Assembly: GCA_964398205.1 (NCBI GenBank)
Contig: CAYNLU010000006.1
Span: 1 to 39,236, forward strand
DNA length: 39,236 nucleotides
Reading direction: 5' to 3'
DNA from: an uncultured Candidatus Saccharibacteria bacterium
Lineage (GTDB): Bacteria; Patescibacteriota; Minisyncoccia; Phycocordibacterales; UBA9973
The position numbers and the translations under genes were made by a program. Of this stretch, positions 17,381-25,860 are shown piece after piece. The notes beneath the pieces were generated by a model. It was not told the origin of the DNA. It ran no database searches and saw nothing but the letters and a program-made list of their open reading frames with translations. The first letter of the stretch is position 1, and the number at the start of each line of letters is the position of its first letter.

Positions 17381-17451
17381 GAAAATGCTTTATTTCAATG
17401 AACTATACTTAATTAGAAATTCTACTCTTTTATGATTGAAAGTCAAACGAG

Positions 17452-18459
17452 TTATGCACTTTTTTCTTTATTATATTTTCCGGCATTTTTTAGAAATTCA
17501 ATAAAAAAATATTCTCGAGTTTTTTCTAAATTATTAGAAAAAATAATTTCTTTGTTATCATCTTTTTTATTTAAATCTAAACCTAAATCAAGCCTATTGG
17601 ATCCAACTTCGGGATGACCTTGAGTACACAAAGTATTTTCGTTTAGCATAAATACTTCGAGACCTTGATCTTTGTTTCTAGCAAGTATGTTTGGGTTTCC
17701 ATTTTCTAATATTATTTCTTGTGCGTGATTTTCTGCTATATAAAGCTTGTTCGGTAATTTGTTTTCATCGATAGATTCAATTTGGTAAACCCCCGTAATC
17801 CCTTGTTGTTCTTTCTTTTCTTCCGAAACCCAATCAACCTTAGCCCCGTCGATACTAGCTAATAATTGCGCTCCAAAGCAAATACCCAAGGTAGGGATAG
17901 ATTTTCTTTGTATTTCTTTAGCAATTTCGGTAGATTTAGATATCATTTCGATTCTTTTTGGATTTACTTCGTCTTTAATAAAAGCTTCTCCACCTGAAAA
18001 TACTACTCCGATGCAATTACTCAAATCTAAATTATTTAAATCATCATTATATGAATTAAAAACTTTAAATCTCGGATCTGTATTTTCTACTCCCAAACAA
18101 TACTTTATATTAGCAATATTAAAATTTTCTTCTGGATTTTTGCTTCCAGTTTCAGCTTCGTTGATTAATTCTAATCGATCTTTATCTATGTATTTTATAC
18201 TTTCATTTTGCATCATTCCTTTCTCGGTTTGATTTACGTAAAGTATAAATTTATCTTTAGGTATTTGCTCGAAAGATTCTTTAGTTTTTTGAAAAACTTC
18301 TTTAGATCTAGCTAGTGCTCTCAGATAACATTCTTTGAGAGTAAGTTTTTCTCCATCTATTTCTAAAAAATAATTAGGATCACGCCAGAATTTATTTAAT
18401 TCAGCTCTTTTTTGTTCTTCTAATTCTATATTGTTTTTAAAGTTGAAATTTTCTTGCAT
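17452..18459 (-). CDS. Class I glutamine amidotransferase-like protein with about 130-aa N-terminal extension
   Basis: Nucleophile elbow GICFGAQLLA and TQGHPE His-Glu motif. Confidence 0.8.
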   Translation of the reverse strand: MQENFNFKNNIELEEQKRAELNKFWRDPNYFLEIDGEKLTLKECYLRALARSKEVFQKTKESFEQIPKDKFILYVNQTEKGMMQNESIKYIDKDRLELINEAETGSKNPEENFNIANIKYCLGVENTDPRFKVFNSYNDDLNNLDLSNCIGVVFSGGEAFIKDEVNPKRIEMISKSTEIAKEIQRKSIPTLGICFGAQLLASIDGAKVDWVSEEKKEQQGITGVYQIESIDENKLPNKLYIAENHAQEIILENGNPNILARNKDQGLEVFMLNENTLCTQGHPEVGSNRLDLGLDLNKKDDNKEIIFSNNLEKTREYFFIEFLKNAGKYNKEKSA

Positions 18460-18460
18460 A

Positions 18461-19510
18461 TTAATCAGACTCAGGTTTATTTAATTCTAAAGGAGAGAAC
18501 TCTGGAGAGGTACCGGTAATACGGAGTACGTCTTTATCTATTTTCTTTAATTCTTTATTAGAATAATTATAGTGATTTACTACCGTTCCTAGAGCGTTGC
18601 CTAGCTTGTTATGATATTCGTCATAGCTCTTTAGGTGCTTACCTAAGTCTTCAACTCTTTTGATGATTTCTTTTGCTCCTTCTTCGATTTGCAAAGCTTT
18701 TAATCCTTGCAAAACTGTTTGGAGATAAGCAAGGAAAGAAGTAGGTGAGGTTATTATAACTTTATATTTACCAGAAGCTCTTTGGATTAAGCTATCTTGA
18801 TCTTCTTCGTTTTGACTACTTCCTATCTTGTTTGTTATTAAATCGTAATAAATAGCTTCGTGTGGTATGAACATAAATGCGAAATCAGTAGTTCCTTTTT
18901 CTGGTTTGATATATTTTGAAGTTTCTAGAATTCTGTTTTTTAAATCATTTACGAAAATTGTTTCGAGTTTTTTCTTTTCGTTCTCGTTTTTCTCTTCGAT
19001 CATTTTGTTGTAATTCTCAAGAGAGAATTTAGAATCTATCGGTATGATTTTATCTTTAACGAAAACTACAGCGTCGACTATAGTTCCATCAGGAAAAGGG
19101 TATTGCATCTCATAACTACCTGGAGGTAGTACATTTTTTAAAACTGTTTCGAGATAGTATTCTCCTAGTATTCCTCTTTGTTTAGGATTTCTAAGTACAT
19201 CTTCCAAACTTTGGAGCTGATCCGCAAAAGAGATAACTTGCTTGTTAGTTTCATCAAGCTTAGTTAGTTTTTCGGTAACGTCACGAATGATTTTATTAGA
19301 TTCTGTAGAGTGAAATTGTAGACTTTCTCTAACTTGCTTGTGACTTTCACCGATTTTATTATCTACGGTTCGAGAAAGTTCATTGAGTTGTGTAAGTATA
19401 AGTTGCAATCCTGTATCATTGCCGTCTTTTTTAGAATTTTTGTTCATTAGAAAATAAACAAGCATAGCCCCTAATAGAATTCCTATAATAATCGTAAGTA
19501 TAATTTCCAT
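18461..19510 (-). CDS. rmuC: DNA recombination protein RmuC
   Basis: N-terminal TM helix, coiled coil, then RmuC nuclease-like core (DAVVFVKDKIIPIDSKF, FAFMFIPHEAIY). Confidence 0.88.
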   Translation of the reverse strand: MEIILTIIIGILLGAMLVYFLMNKNSKKDGNDTGLQLILTQLNELSRTVDNKIGESHKQVRESLQFHSTESNKIIRDVTEKLTKLDETNKQVISFADQLQSLEDVLRNPKQRGILGEYYLETVLKNVLPPGSYEMQYPFPDGTIVDAVVFVKDKIIPIDSKFSLENYNKMIEEKNENEKKKLETIFVNDLKNRILETSKYIKPEKGTTDFAFMFIPHEAIYYDLITNKIGSSQNEEDQDSLIQRASGKYKVIITSPTSFLAYLQTVLQGLKALQIEEGAKEIIKRVEDLGKHLKSYDEYHNKLGNALGTVVNHYNYSNKELKKIDKDVLRITGTSPEFSPLELNKPESD

Positions 19511-19511
19511 A

Positions 19512-20228
19512 TTATTTTCCTAAATGATGTTTTAATGTATAAATCCAATCTTCGTCTGGAGCTTCACCTTTTAATTTTTCATTAAGTAGCCATTCGAGAT
19601 AACCTCTATCGATACTTGCGATATCTTCTACTTTTTTACCAGCATATTTACCGAAATTAATAGTGCGCAATATTGAAGGATGAGAAGAAATCTCGATCAT
19701 TTTTCCTATCGCTTCTTCATCTTCGCAATTCTCAGTTTCTTTAATTTTAGTTTTAAGTCTATCAAAAAGTTTTTCCAAGACCATAACGTCCCCAAGAGCA
19801 TCGTGAGCTTGAGCTACGATATCGATATCGAGTAGATATCGTAGATATTGCAAGTTGTATCTATCGATTTTACCTTCTTTATCTAATTCACGAGCAACTC
19901 GCAGAGTACAGATAAAATTCGCTGGATTAATATTTTCTTTTTTCATAATCATTAGGTCAAAAGGTGCATTATGAGCTACGACGACGTTTTCGGGATTTTC
20001 GAATAGTTCTTTGATTTTTTGATAATCTTTACTTTCGCTAAATTTTTCTTTGCCTTCTATCATGCGATTTGAAATGTGATGAACAGCAGAAGCCTCAGGT
20101 GGGATTTTCATCCCAGGGTTATAAATTTCAGTAAAAGCTTCTTCGCCGTTTTTGTAAGCTATTTGGCAAAGGAAATCATTATTAGTATTTCCTGTAGTTT
20201 CAGTATCAAAAAAGATAATATTTTTCAT
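19512..20228 (-). CDS. DEDDh 3'-5' exonuclease, ExoX-like, with DUF3820-type C-terminal domain
   Basis: Exo motifs FFDTETTG, HNAPFDLMIM, HDALGDV; C-terminal FGKYAGKKVEDIASIDRGYLEWLL. Confidence 0.85.
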   Translation of the reverse strand: MKNIIFFDTETTGNTNNDFLCQIAYKNGEEAFTEIYNPGMKIPPEASAVHHISNRMIEGKEKFSESKDYQKIKELFENPENVVVAHNAPFDLMIMKKENINPANFICTLRVARELDKEGKIDRYNLQYLRYLLDIDIVAQAHDALGDVMVLEKLFDRLKTKIKETENCEDEEAIGKMIEISSHPSILRTINFGKYAGKKVEDIASIDRGYLEWLLNEKLKGEAPDEDWIYTLKHHLGK

Positions 20229-20234
20229 TTTTAT

Positions 20235-20243
20235 ATTTTAACA
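20235..20243 (-). promoter_or_regulatory. Extended -10 promoter TGtTAAAAT of the exonuclease operon (leaderless geometry)
   Basis: Minus-strand TGtTAAAAT, N6 (ataaaa), ATG at 20228. Confidence 0.5.
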
Positions 20244-20252
20244 TTTTTTACT

Positions 20253-20334
20253 AGAAAGCACAGTATTAAAAGCACGGATATTTTAAAGCTTTAAAATTCC
20301 TCGAGCTCGCAAGCCTTTTAATAGTGTGCTTTCT
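20253..20334. repeat. 20-bp inverted repeat (19/20) enclosing a perfect 16-nt palindrome
   Basis: AGAAAGCACAGTATTAAAAG 20253-20272 versus CTTTTAATAGTGTGCTTTCT 20315-20334; TTTTAAAGCTTTAAAA at 20281-20296; CTCGAGCTCG at 20300-20309. Confidence 0.6.
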
Positions 20335-20349
20335 GATTCTATTAATATT

Positions 20350-20358
20350 TGCTATAAT
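20350..20358 (+). promoter_or_regulatory. Extended -10 promoter TGcTATAAT (leaderless geometry)
   Basis: TGcTATAAT, N6 (atgtat), ATG 20365. Confidence 0.55.
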
Positions 20359-20364
20359 ATGTAT

Positions 20365-20814
20365 ATGTTACATGAACAAATAAAAAACGGTATTAAAGAG
20401 GCTATGATGGCTAAAGATAAGGTTCGCCTAGAAGTTATGCGTGGACTTTCGACGGCTTTTATGAATGAATTAGTAGCTAAAGGCAAAACTCCTCAAGATA
20501 TGCTTTCTGACGAGGAAGCTCTAACGGTTATTACTCGTACCGCTAAGCAAAGGAAAGACTCAATAGAGCAATTCAAAGCTGGAGGTCGCGAAGATTTAGT
20601 AGAGGAAGAGCAAGCTCAACTTTCAATTCTCGAGTCTTATTTACCGAAACTTATGGATAAAGAAGAAGTTTTGAAAATCGTTAAAGAAAAGCAAAACGAA
20701 TTAGGAATTACTGACGCTACGAAAAAGGGTATGCTTATGGCGGAGATTATGAAAGTTTTAAAAGGTAAAGCTGACGGTAGCGTAGTTAAAGAAGTTGTAG
20801 ATTCATTATTTTAA
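20365..20814 (+). CDS. yqeY: GatB/YqeY domain protein
   Basis: LHEQIKNGIKEAMMAKDKVRLEVMR... YqeY pattern. Start set at 20365 rather than the track GTG at 20326. Confidence 0.85.
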   Translation: MLHEQIKNGIKEAMMAKDKVRLEVMRGLSTAFMNELVAKGKTPQDMLSDEEALTVITRTAKQRKDSIEQFKAGGREDLVEEEQAQLSILESYLPKLMDKEEVLKIVKEKQNELGITDATKKGMLMAEIMKVLKGKADGSVVKEVVDSLF

Positions 20815-20819
20815 TTTAA

Positions 20820-21776
20820 ATGTCACAGAAAAAAAGATTAGTTACTCATAATGGTTCTTTTCATGCCGATGATTTGTTCGCTGCGGCTGTTTTAGGTTTG
20901 TATTTAGATAAAAAAGGTTTTGAATACGAAATAGTCCGAACTCGCGATATGGAAGTTATTAAAAATGCTGATTACGTTTTTGATGTTGGAGGTATTTACG
21001 ATCCATCTACAAATAGATTTGATCATCATCAGAAAGATGCTCCAAAACCTCGCGCAAACGGTATTCCTTATGCAGCTTTTGGTTTAGTTTGGAAAACTTT
21101 TGGATTAGAGCTTTGTGAAAATAATTCTGAAGTATTTGATTTGATAGATAAAGAAATAGTTTCTCCTATTGATGCCAACGATAACGGAGTAGATATTGTT
21201 TCTTTAAAATTTAAAAATGTTAAACCTTATATGGGTTCTAGAGTTTTTTCTATTTTTGAACCTACTTGGAAAGAATCCGAGAATTTCATAGATCAGATAT
21301 TTAAAGATCAAATTCCTAAAATTAAAGAAGTTTTAGCGAGAGAAATAAAGGTAGCTTTTGATGACGTTTCAGGTATCAAGATTATTAATGATTCTTATAT
21401 GAATTCACAAGATAAAAGAATTATTATTTTAGATCAACCTTTGCCTAGATACCTATATCAGCAAGTTCTATCCTCTTACAAGGAGCCTATTTATTTAGTT
21501 TTTCCTAGTCAGCATGGTAAAGATTATAAAGTTGAAGCTATAAGTTTAAGTCCGGAAAGTATGAAAAGCCGAAAACCTTTTCCTGTTTCTTGGCGTGGGG
21601 TTTTGAATATGAATTTTAATTTAGAAAATCATCCTAGTGGAATCTCTGGTGTTTATTTTGTTCACAATAGTGGATTTTTGGCAAATTTAGATACGAAAGA
21701 AAATGCTTTGAAATTCGCAGAGAAAGCTTTAAATTATAAAACTTCTTTTTGGAAAAAATTATTAAACTTTAAATAA
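20820..21776 (+). CDS. MYG1/UPF0160 family metal-dependent hydrolase
   Basis: THNGSFHADDLFA and FDHHQ motifs. Confidence 0.88.
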   Translation: MSQKKRLVTHNGSFHADDLFAAAVLGLYLDKKGFEYEIVRTRDMEVIKNADYVFDVGGIYDPSTNRFDHHQKDAPKPRANGIPYAAFGLVWKTFGLELCENNSEVFDLIDKEIVSPIDANDNGVDIVSLKFKNVKPYMGSRVFSIFEPTWKESENFIDQIFKDQIPKIKEVLAREIKVAFDDVSGIKIINDSYMNSQDKRIIILDQPLPRYLYQQVLSSYKEPIYLVFPSQHGKDYKVEAISLSPESMKSRKPFPVSWRGVLNMNFNLENHPSGISGVYFVHNSGFLANLDTKENALKFAEKALNYKTSFWKKLLNFK

Positions 21777-21782
21777 AAATAT

Positions 21783-22802
21783 ATGTCACTAATAGATGAA
21801 ATAAAATTTTATGCAGAAGCAGGTCGTGGAGGAGACGGAGTTATTCGTTGGCGTCAAGAAAAATTCGTACCAAAAGGTGGACCTGCGGGAGGCGACGGAG
21901 GTCGTGGAGGAGATTTTTATGCTGTTGCTATTCGTGATATTAGTATACTTACCAAGTATAAAGCTAAAAAAGAATTCAAAGCCGAAAACGGTGAAGCCGG
22001 AGGAAACAAAAGTCTACACGGTAAAAACGGAGAAGACTTTATTTTAGAATTACCTATTGGGTCTATCGTAACTAATATTGATACTGGAGAAAAATGGCAA
22101 TTGCTTGAAGAAGGTCAAAAGGTTTTGCTTCTTCGTGGAGGTTATGGAGGATACGGTAACGAGCATTTTAAAAGTTCTATAAATACTACTCCTAAAAAAG
22201 CGAACCCTGGAGCTGATGGTGAGTCAGGAAACTTTACTGTTGAATTAATGCTTTTTGCGGATATCGGACTTATCGGTTATCCGAATGCAGGTAAATCTTC
22301 TATGCTAAATATGATTACGAAAGCGAATGCAAAAGTTGGGGATTATGCTTTCACTACCCTCGATCCAAATCTCGGAGATTTCTACGGATACATTATCGCG
22401 GATATTCCGGGTATTATCGAAGGTGCGAGTGAAGGTAAAGGCTTGGGGCTTAAATTCCTTCGTCATATTAAACGTACTCAAATGCTCGCTCACTTGATTT
22501 CTTTCGAAAATAAAAATATGCTTAAAGCTTATAAAGAAGTTCGCAAAGAACTTGAACTTTTCGATAAAAAAAATCAATCTCTCGACGATGAAGGTATCGA
22601 AGAGAATAATCTCGCTGATAAAGAAGAAATTATAATTCTTACTAAAACTGATATTGTAGAAAATGAGAAGGTTGTTGAGAAAGCTTTGAAAGATTTTCAA
22701 AAACTTGATAAAAAGAAAAAAGTTTTTGTACTTTCTCTTTATGACGATAAATCTATCAAAAACCTAAAAGATGAATTAATAAAAATTTTAAAAAAGAAAT
22801 AA
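21783..22802 (+). CDS. obg: GTPase Obg
   Basis: Gly-rich Obg fold (GGDGG, GGRGGD); G1 GYPNAGKSS; G3 DIPG. Confidence 0.95.
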   Translation: MSLIDEIKFYAEAGRGGDGVIRWRQEKFVPKGGPAGGDGGRGGDFYAVAIRDISILTKYKAKKEFKAENGEAGGNKSLHGKNGEDFILELPIGSIVTNIDTGEKWQLLEEGQKVLLLRGGYGGYGNEHFKSSINTTPKKANPGADGESGNFTVELMLFADIGLIGYPNAGKSSMLNMITKANAKVGDYAFTTLDPNLGDFYGYIIADIPGIIEGASEGKGLGLKFLRHIKRTQMLAHLISFENKNMLKAYKEVRKELELFDKKNQSLDDEGIEENNLADKEEIIILTKTDIVENEKVVEKALKDFQKLDKKKKVFVLSLYDDKSIKNLKDELIKILKKK

Positions 22803-22803
22803 A

Positions 22804-24243
22804 ATGGAAAATAAATACTTTGTAACAATCGGACTTGAAATTCACGCAGAGCTTAATACTAAAACTAAGATGTTTTGCTCTTGTAAAAACGATCCCGAAG
22901 AAGAAAAGCCAAATACTAATATTTGCCCTGTGTGTATGGCATATCCGGGAGCTTTGCCTGTACCTAATAAAAAGGCGATAGAAAACGTTATCAAGGTTGG
23001 CCTCGCTATTGGAGCCGAAATTGCAGACTTCTCAGAATTCGATCGCAAGAATTATTTCTATCCTGATATTCCGAAAGGTTATCAGATTTCTCAACTCAAA
23101 TATCCGATAGTTAAAGGTGGTTCTTTAGCTAATATGAAAATAACTCGTATTCACCTCGAAGAAGATACTGCAAATAACAAGCACGATAGAGGAGATTTCT
23201 CGCTTATAGATTTCAATCGTGCAGGGGTTCCTTTGATGGAGCTCGTTACCGAAGCCCACACTTTTGAAAACGTAGAAGAGGCGAGTAAGGTAGCAAGTAA
23301 TTTTGCTCGCGAATATCAACTACTTTTGCAATATCTAGGAGTTTCCGGAGCGAATATGGAGAAAGGTGAAATGCGCGTCGAAGCGAACGTTTCAGTTTCC
23401 AAAGATAAAGATAAATTATCTCCTGTTTACGTTGAAGTAAAAAATTTGAATTCTTTTAAAATCGTAGAAAAAGCAATAGCTTACGAAGTAGAACGTATGA
23501 TAGAACTTATCGAAGAAGGTAAAGAATCTGAAATAGTTAAAGAAACTAGAGGTTTCGACGAGAGCAAGCAAAAGACTTTTTCTCAAAGACGTAAAGAATC
23601 TAGTGAAGACTATCGTTATTTCCCTGATCCTGATTTAGCAAAAATGAAACTTCACGAAGCATTCGATTTAGAAAAAATGCGAAGTGAATTACCTGAATTA
23701 CCAGAGCAAAGTCGTAAGTTTTTTGCTTTACATAATATACCTTCACAAACAATAGAGACTTGGATTTCCGCAGGCAAAGAAACAGTTTTTTGGGCTAAAA
23801 ATATGACTAAATACAGTGACAAGCCAGAATGGTCAACCATGCTTAATTTAATTACTAATGATTTAGTAGCTTTATCTAAATCAAATCTTATACATGAATC
23901 TCTTGGTGCAACTAATTTTGAATCAATATATCTACTTGCTAAAATGTATACAGAAGATTTGCTCTCTTCTCGTGGAATGAAAGATGTTTTAGCTATTTTA
24001 TACGAAAAAGGTGGTGATCCGAAAAAAATAGCCGAAGAGAAAAATTTAATTCAGAAAAACGACGAAGGTGAAATTAAGGCTATAATAGAGAAAATAATTT
24101 CTGAAAATCCTGAAGTTGTCGCTACTTATAAAGGCGGTAAAGAAAACGCGATTATGTCTCTCGTTGGCAAAGTTATTAAAGAATCCGGCGGTTCCGCTAA
24201 TCCTCAAATGGTTATTAAATTATTGAAGGAATTATTAGCTTAA
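22804..24243 (+). CDS. gatB: Asp/Glu-tRNA amidotransferase subunit B
   Basis: IGLEIHAELNT, CPVCMAYPGALP, and a YqeY-like tail. Confidence 0.96.
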   Translation: MENKYFVTIGLEIHAELNTKTKMFCSCKNDPEEEKPNTNICPVCMAYPGALPVPNKKAIENVIKVGLAIGAEIADFSEFDRKNYFYPDIPKGYQISQLKYPIVKGGSLANMKITRIHLEEDTANNKHDRGDFSLIDFNRAGVPLMELVTEAHTFENVEEASKVASNFAREYQLLLQYLGVSGANMEKGEMRVEANVSVSKDKDKLSPVYVEVKNLNSFKIVEKAIAYEVERMIELIEEGKESEIVKETRGFDESKQKTFSQRRKESSEDYRYFPDPDLAKMKLHEAFDLEKMRSELPELPEQSRKFFALHNIPSQTIETWISAGKETVFWAKNMTKYSDKPEWSTMLNLITNDLVALSKSNLIHESLGATNFESIYLLAKMYTEDLLSSRGMKDVLAILYEKGGDPKKIAEEKNLIQKNDEGEIKAIIEKIISENPEVVATYKGGKENAIMSLVGKVIKESGGSANPQMVIKLLKELLA

Positions 24244-24254
24244 AATAAATTTTT

Positions 24255-24941
24255 ATGAATTTACAAAACTTGTCTTATATATCTGAAATTGTTATAGCAT
24301 TAGCTTCTGTTGTTGCTTTAAAACAAATAGTTTTAGCAAAACGAGATATTAAAATTCGATCAAAAAGAGAAGCTATTACTTTGAGTGTTAACCAGGTAGA
24401 ATATTATAGATCTGAAATAATTAAGGAAATAATCATATTAGAGAATATATTAGGTGTTTTAATGAATAATGATAATATGAAAGAAGAATTAGTTTTTTTT
24501 AAATCAAACAAAGTTGATTTAGAGGATTTTACATTTCAAGAAATTGAAGAGAAAAACATGTTAGAAAATTGGAAAAGAAAAATGAATTTTTTAACAAATA
24601 ATAAATCTGTTTATATTAAAGTTCAAGATATCTCAAATAAAATAGAATATTTTTCTTTAGCTTTTGTTTCTGGTGCAGCTGAAGAAGAAGTTGCTTTTAA
24701 CCCAGTTGTAGATAGTTTCTTGGATTTTATTAAAAAAAATTACAATTTTTATTGTTTATTTAGAAAAGAAAATAACAGGTCTTATTCAAATACTATAACA
24801 CTTTATAAAATTTGGAAAAAAAAGATTTTAGAACAAGATATTAAAACTAAAATTAAAAGTTTCAATAAAGATATAGATGAGGTTAAAAATAAAATTAAAA
24901 AAATTAATCAAGAAAATATTGAAGTTATAGGAACAAATTAA
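24255..24941 (+). CDS. Hypothetical N-terminally anchored protein
   Basis: 228 aa, one N-terminal TM helix, Lys/Asn/Ile-rich; no family recognised. Confidence 0.6.
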   Translation: MNLQNLSYISEIVIALASVVALKQIVLAKRDIKIRSKREAITLSVNQVEYYRSEIIKEIIILENILGVLMNNDNMKEELVFFKSNKVDLEDFTFQEIEEKNMLENWKRKMNFLTNNKSVYIKVQDISNKIEYFSLAFVSGAAEEEVAFNPVVDSFLDFIKKNYNFYCLFRKENNRSYSNTITLYKIWKKKILEQDIKTKIKSFNKDIDEVKNKIKKINQENIEVIGTN

Positions 24942-24956
24942 ATTTATAAAAATATT

Positions 24957-25820
24957 ATGAAAACATTACGTGAATACATAAAAGAAGCAAGGGAAAAAGG
25001 TGTAGCGATAGGGCATTTTAATATTTCAAATTTAGAAGCTTTGCACGGGATTTATAATTCTGCGAAGAAATTAAATCTACCTGTGATTATAGGAGTTTCT
25101 GAAGGTGAGGAATCTTTCGTTGGAACTCATGAAGTCGTCGCTTTAGTGCGAGCTTTGCGTGAACGGGATAATTATCCGATATTCTTAAATGCAGATCACC
25201 ATGCTAGTTTTGAAAGCGTAAAGAAATGCATTGATGCGGGTTTTGATATGGTTATTATTGATTGTGCGAAATTACCTTATGAGGAGAACGTAGTTTTGAC
25301 GAAGAAATGCGTAGAATACGCGCGCGAAGTTGGGGCGAAAGAAAATCGAGAAATTTTAGTTGAAGCCGAGCTTGGATATATCGGGTCGGGTTCAAATATC
25401 AAAGATACTATACCTGAAGGTGCAGGGATTTTAACTGATGCAGAAGAAGCGAAGAGGTTCGTAGAAGAAACAGGTATTGATTTACTTGCGCCTTCTATCG
25501 GTTCAGTTCACGGGCTTATTAAATCTGGTAAACCTCATATCGATACTGAGAGGGCGAAAGCTATTCATCAAGCTTGCGGAATTCCTCTCGTGCTTCACGG
25601 CGGTTCAGGTTTGCGGGATGAAGATTTCGTAGGAGCTATAAAAAACGGAGTAAGTATAGTGCATATAAATAGTGAAATCCGTCTTGCTTTCAAAGAATCT
25701 CTCGTAGAATCTCTTAAAAATTCTGGCGAAGAAATAAATCCTAGTAAAATACTGCAACCAACTATCGACGCAATAGAAAAAGTAGTAACCAACCGTCTAA
25801 AACTTTTTAATAATTTGTAA
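24957..25820 (+). CDS. fba: Class II fructose/tagatose-bisphosphate aldolase
   Basis: GHFNISNLE, LNADHH, LVLHGGSG motifs. Confidence 0.92.
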   Translation: MKTLREYIKEAREKGVAIGHFNISNLEALHGIYNSAKKLNLPVIIGVSEGEESFVGTHEVVALVRALRERDNYPIFLNADHHASFESVKKCIDAGFDMVIIDCAKLPYEENVVLTKKCVEYAREVGAKENREILVEAELGYIGSGSNIKDTIPEGAGILTDAEEAKRFVEETGIDLLAPSIGSVHGLIKSGKPHIDTERAKAIHQACGIPLVLHGGSGLRDEDFVGAIKNGVSIVHINSEIRLAFKESLVESLKNSGEEINPSKILQPTIDAIEKVVTNRLKLFNNL

Positions 25821-25845
25821 AATAAATTAAAATTTATTTTTCTTG

Positions 25846-25854
25846 TGATATAAT
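25846..25854 (+). promoter_or_regulatory. Extended -10 promoter TGaTATAAT (leaderless geometry)
   Basis: TGaTATAAT, N6 (ttattt), ATG 25861. Confidence 0.55.
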
Positions 25855-25860
25855 TTATTT

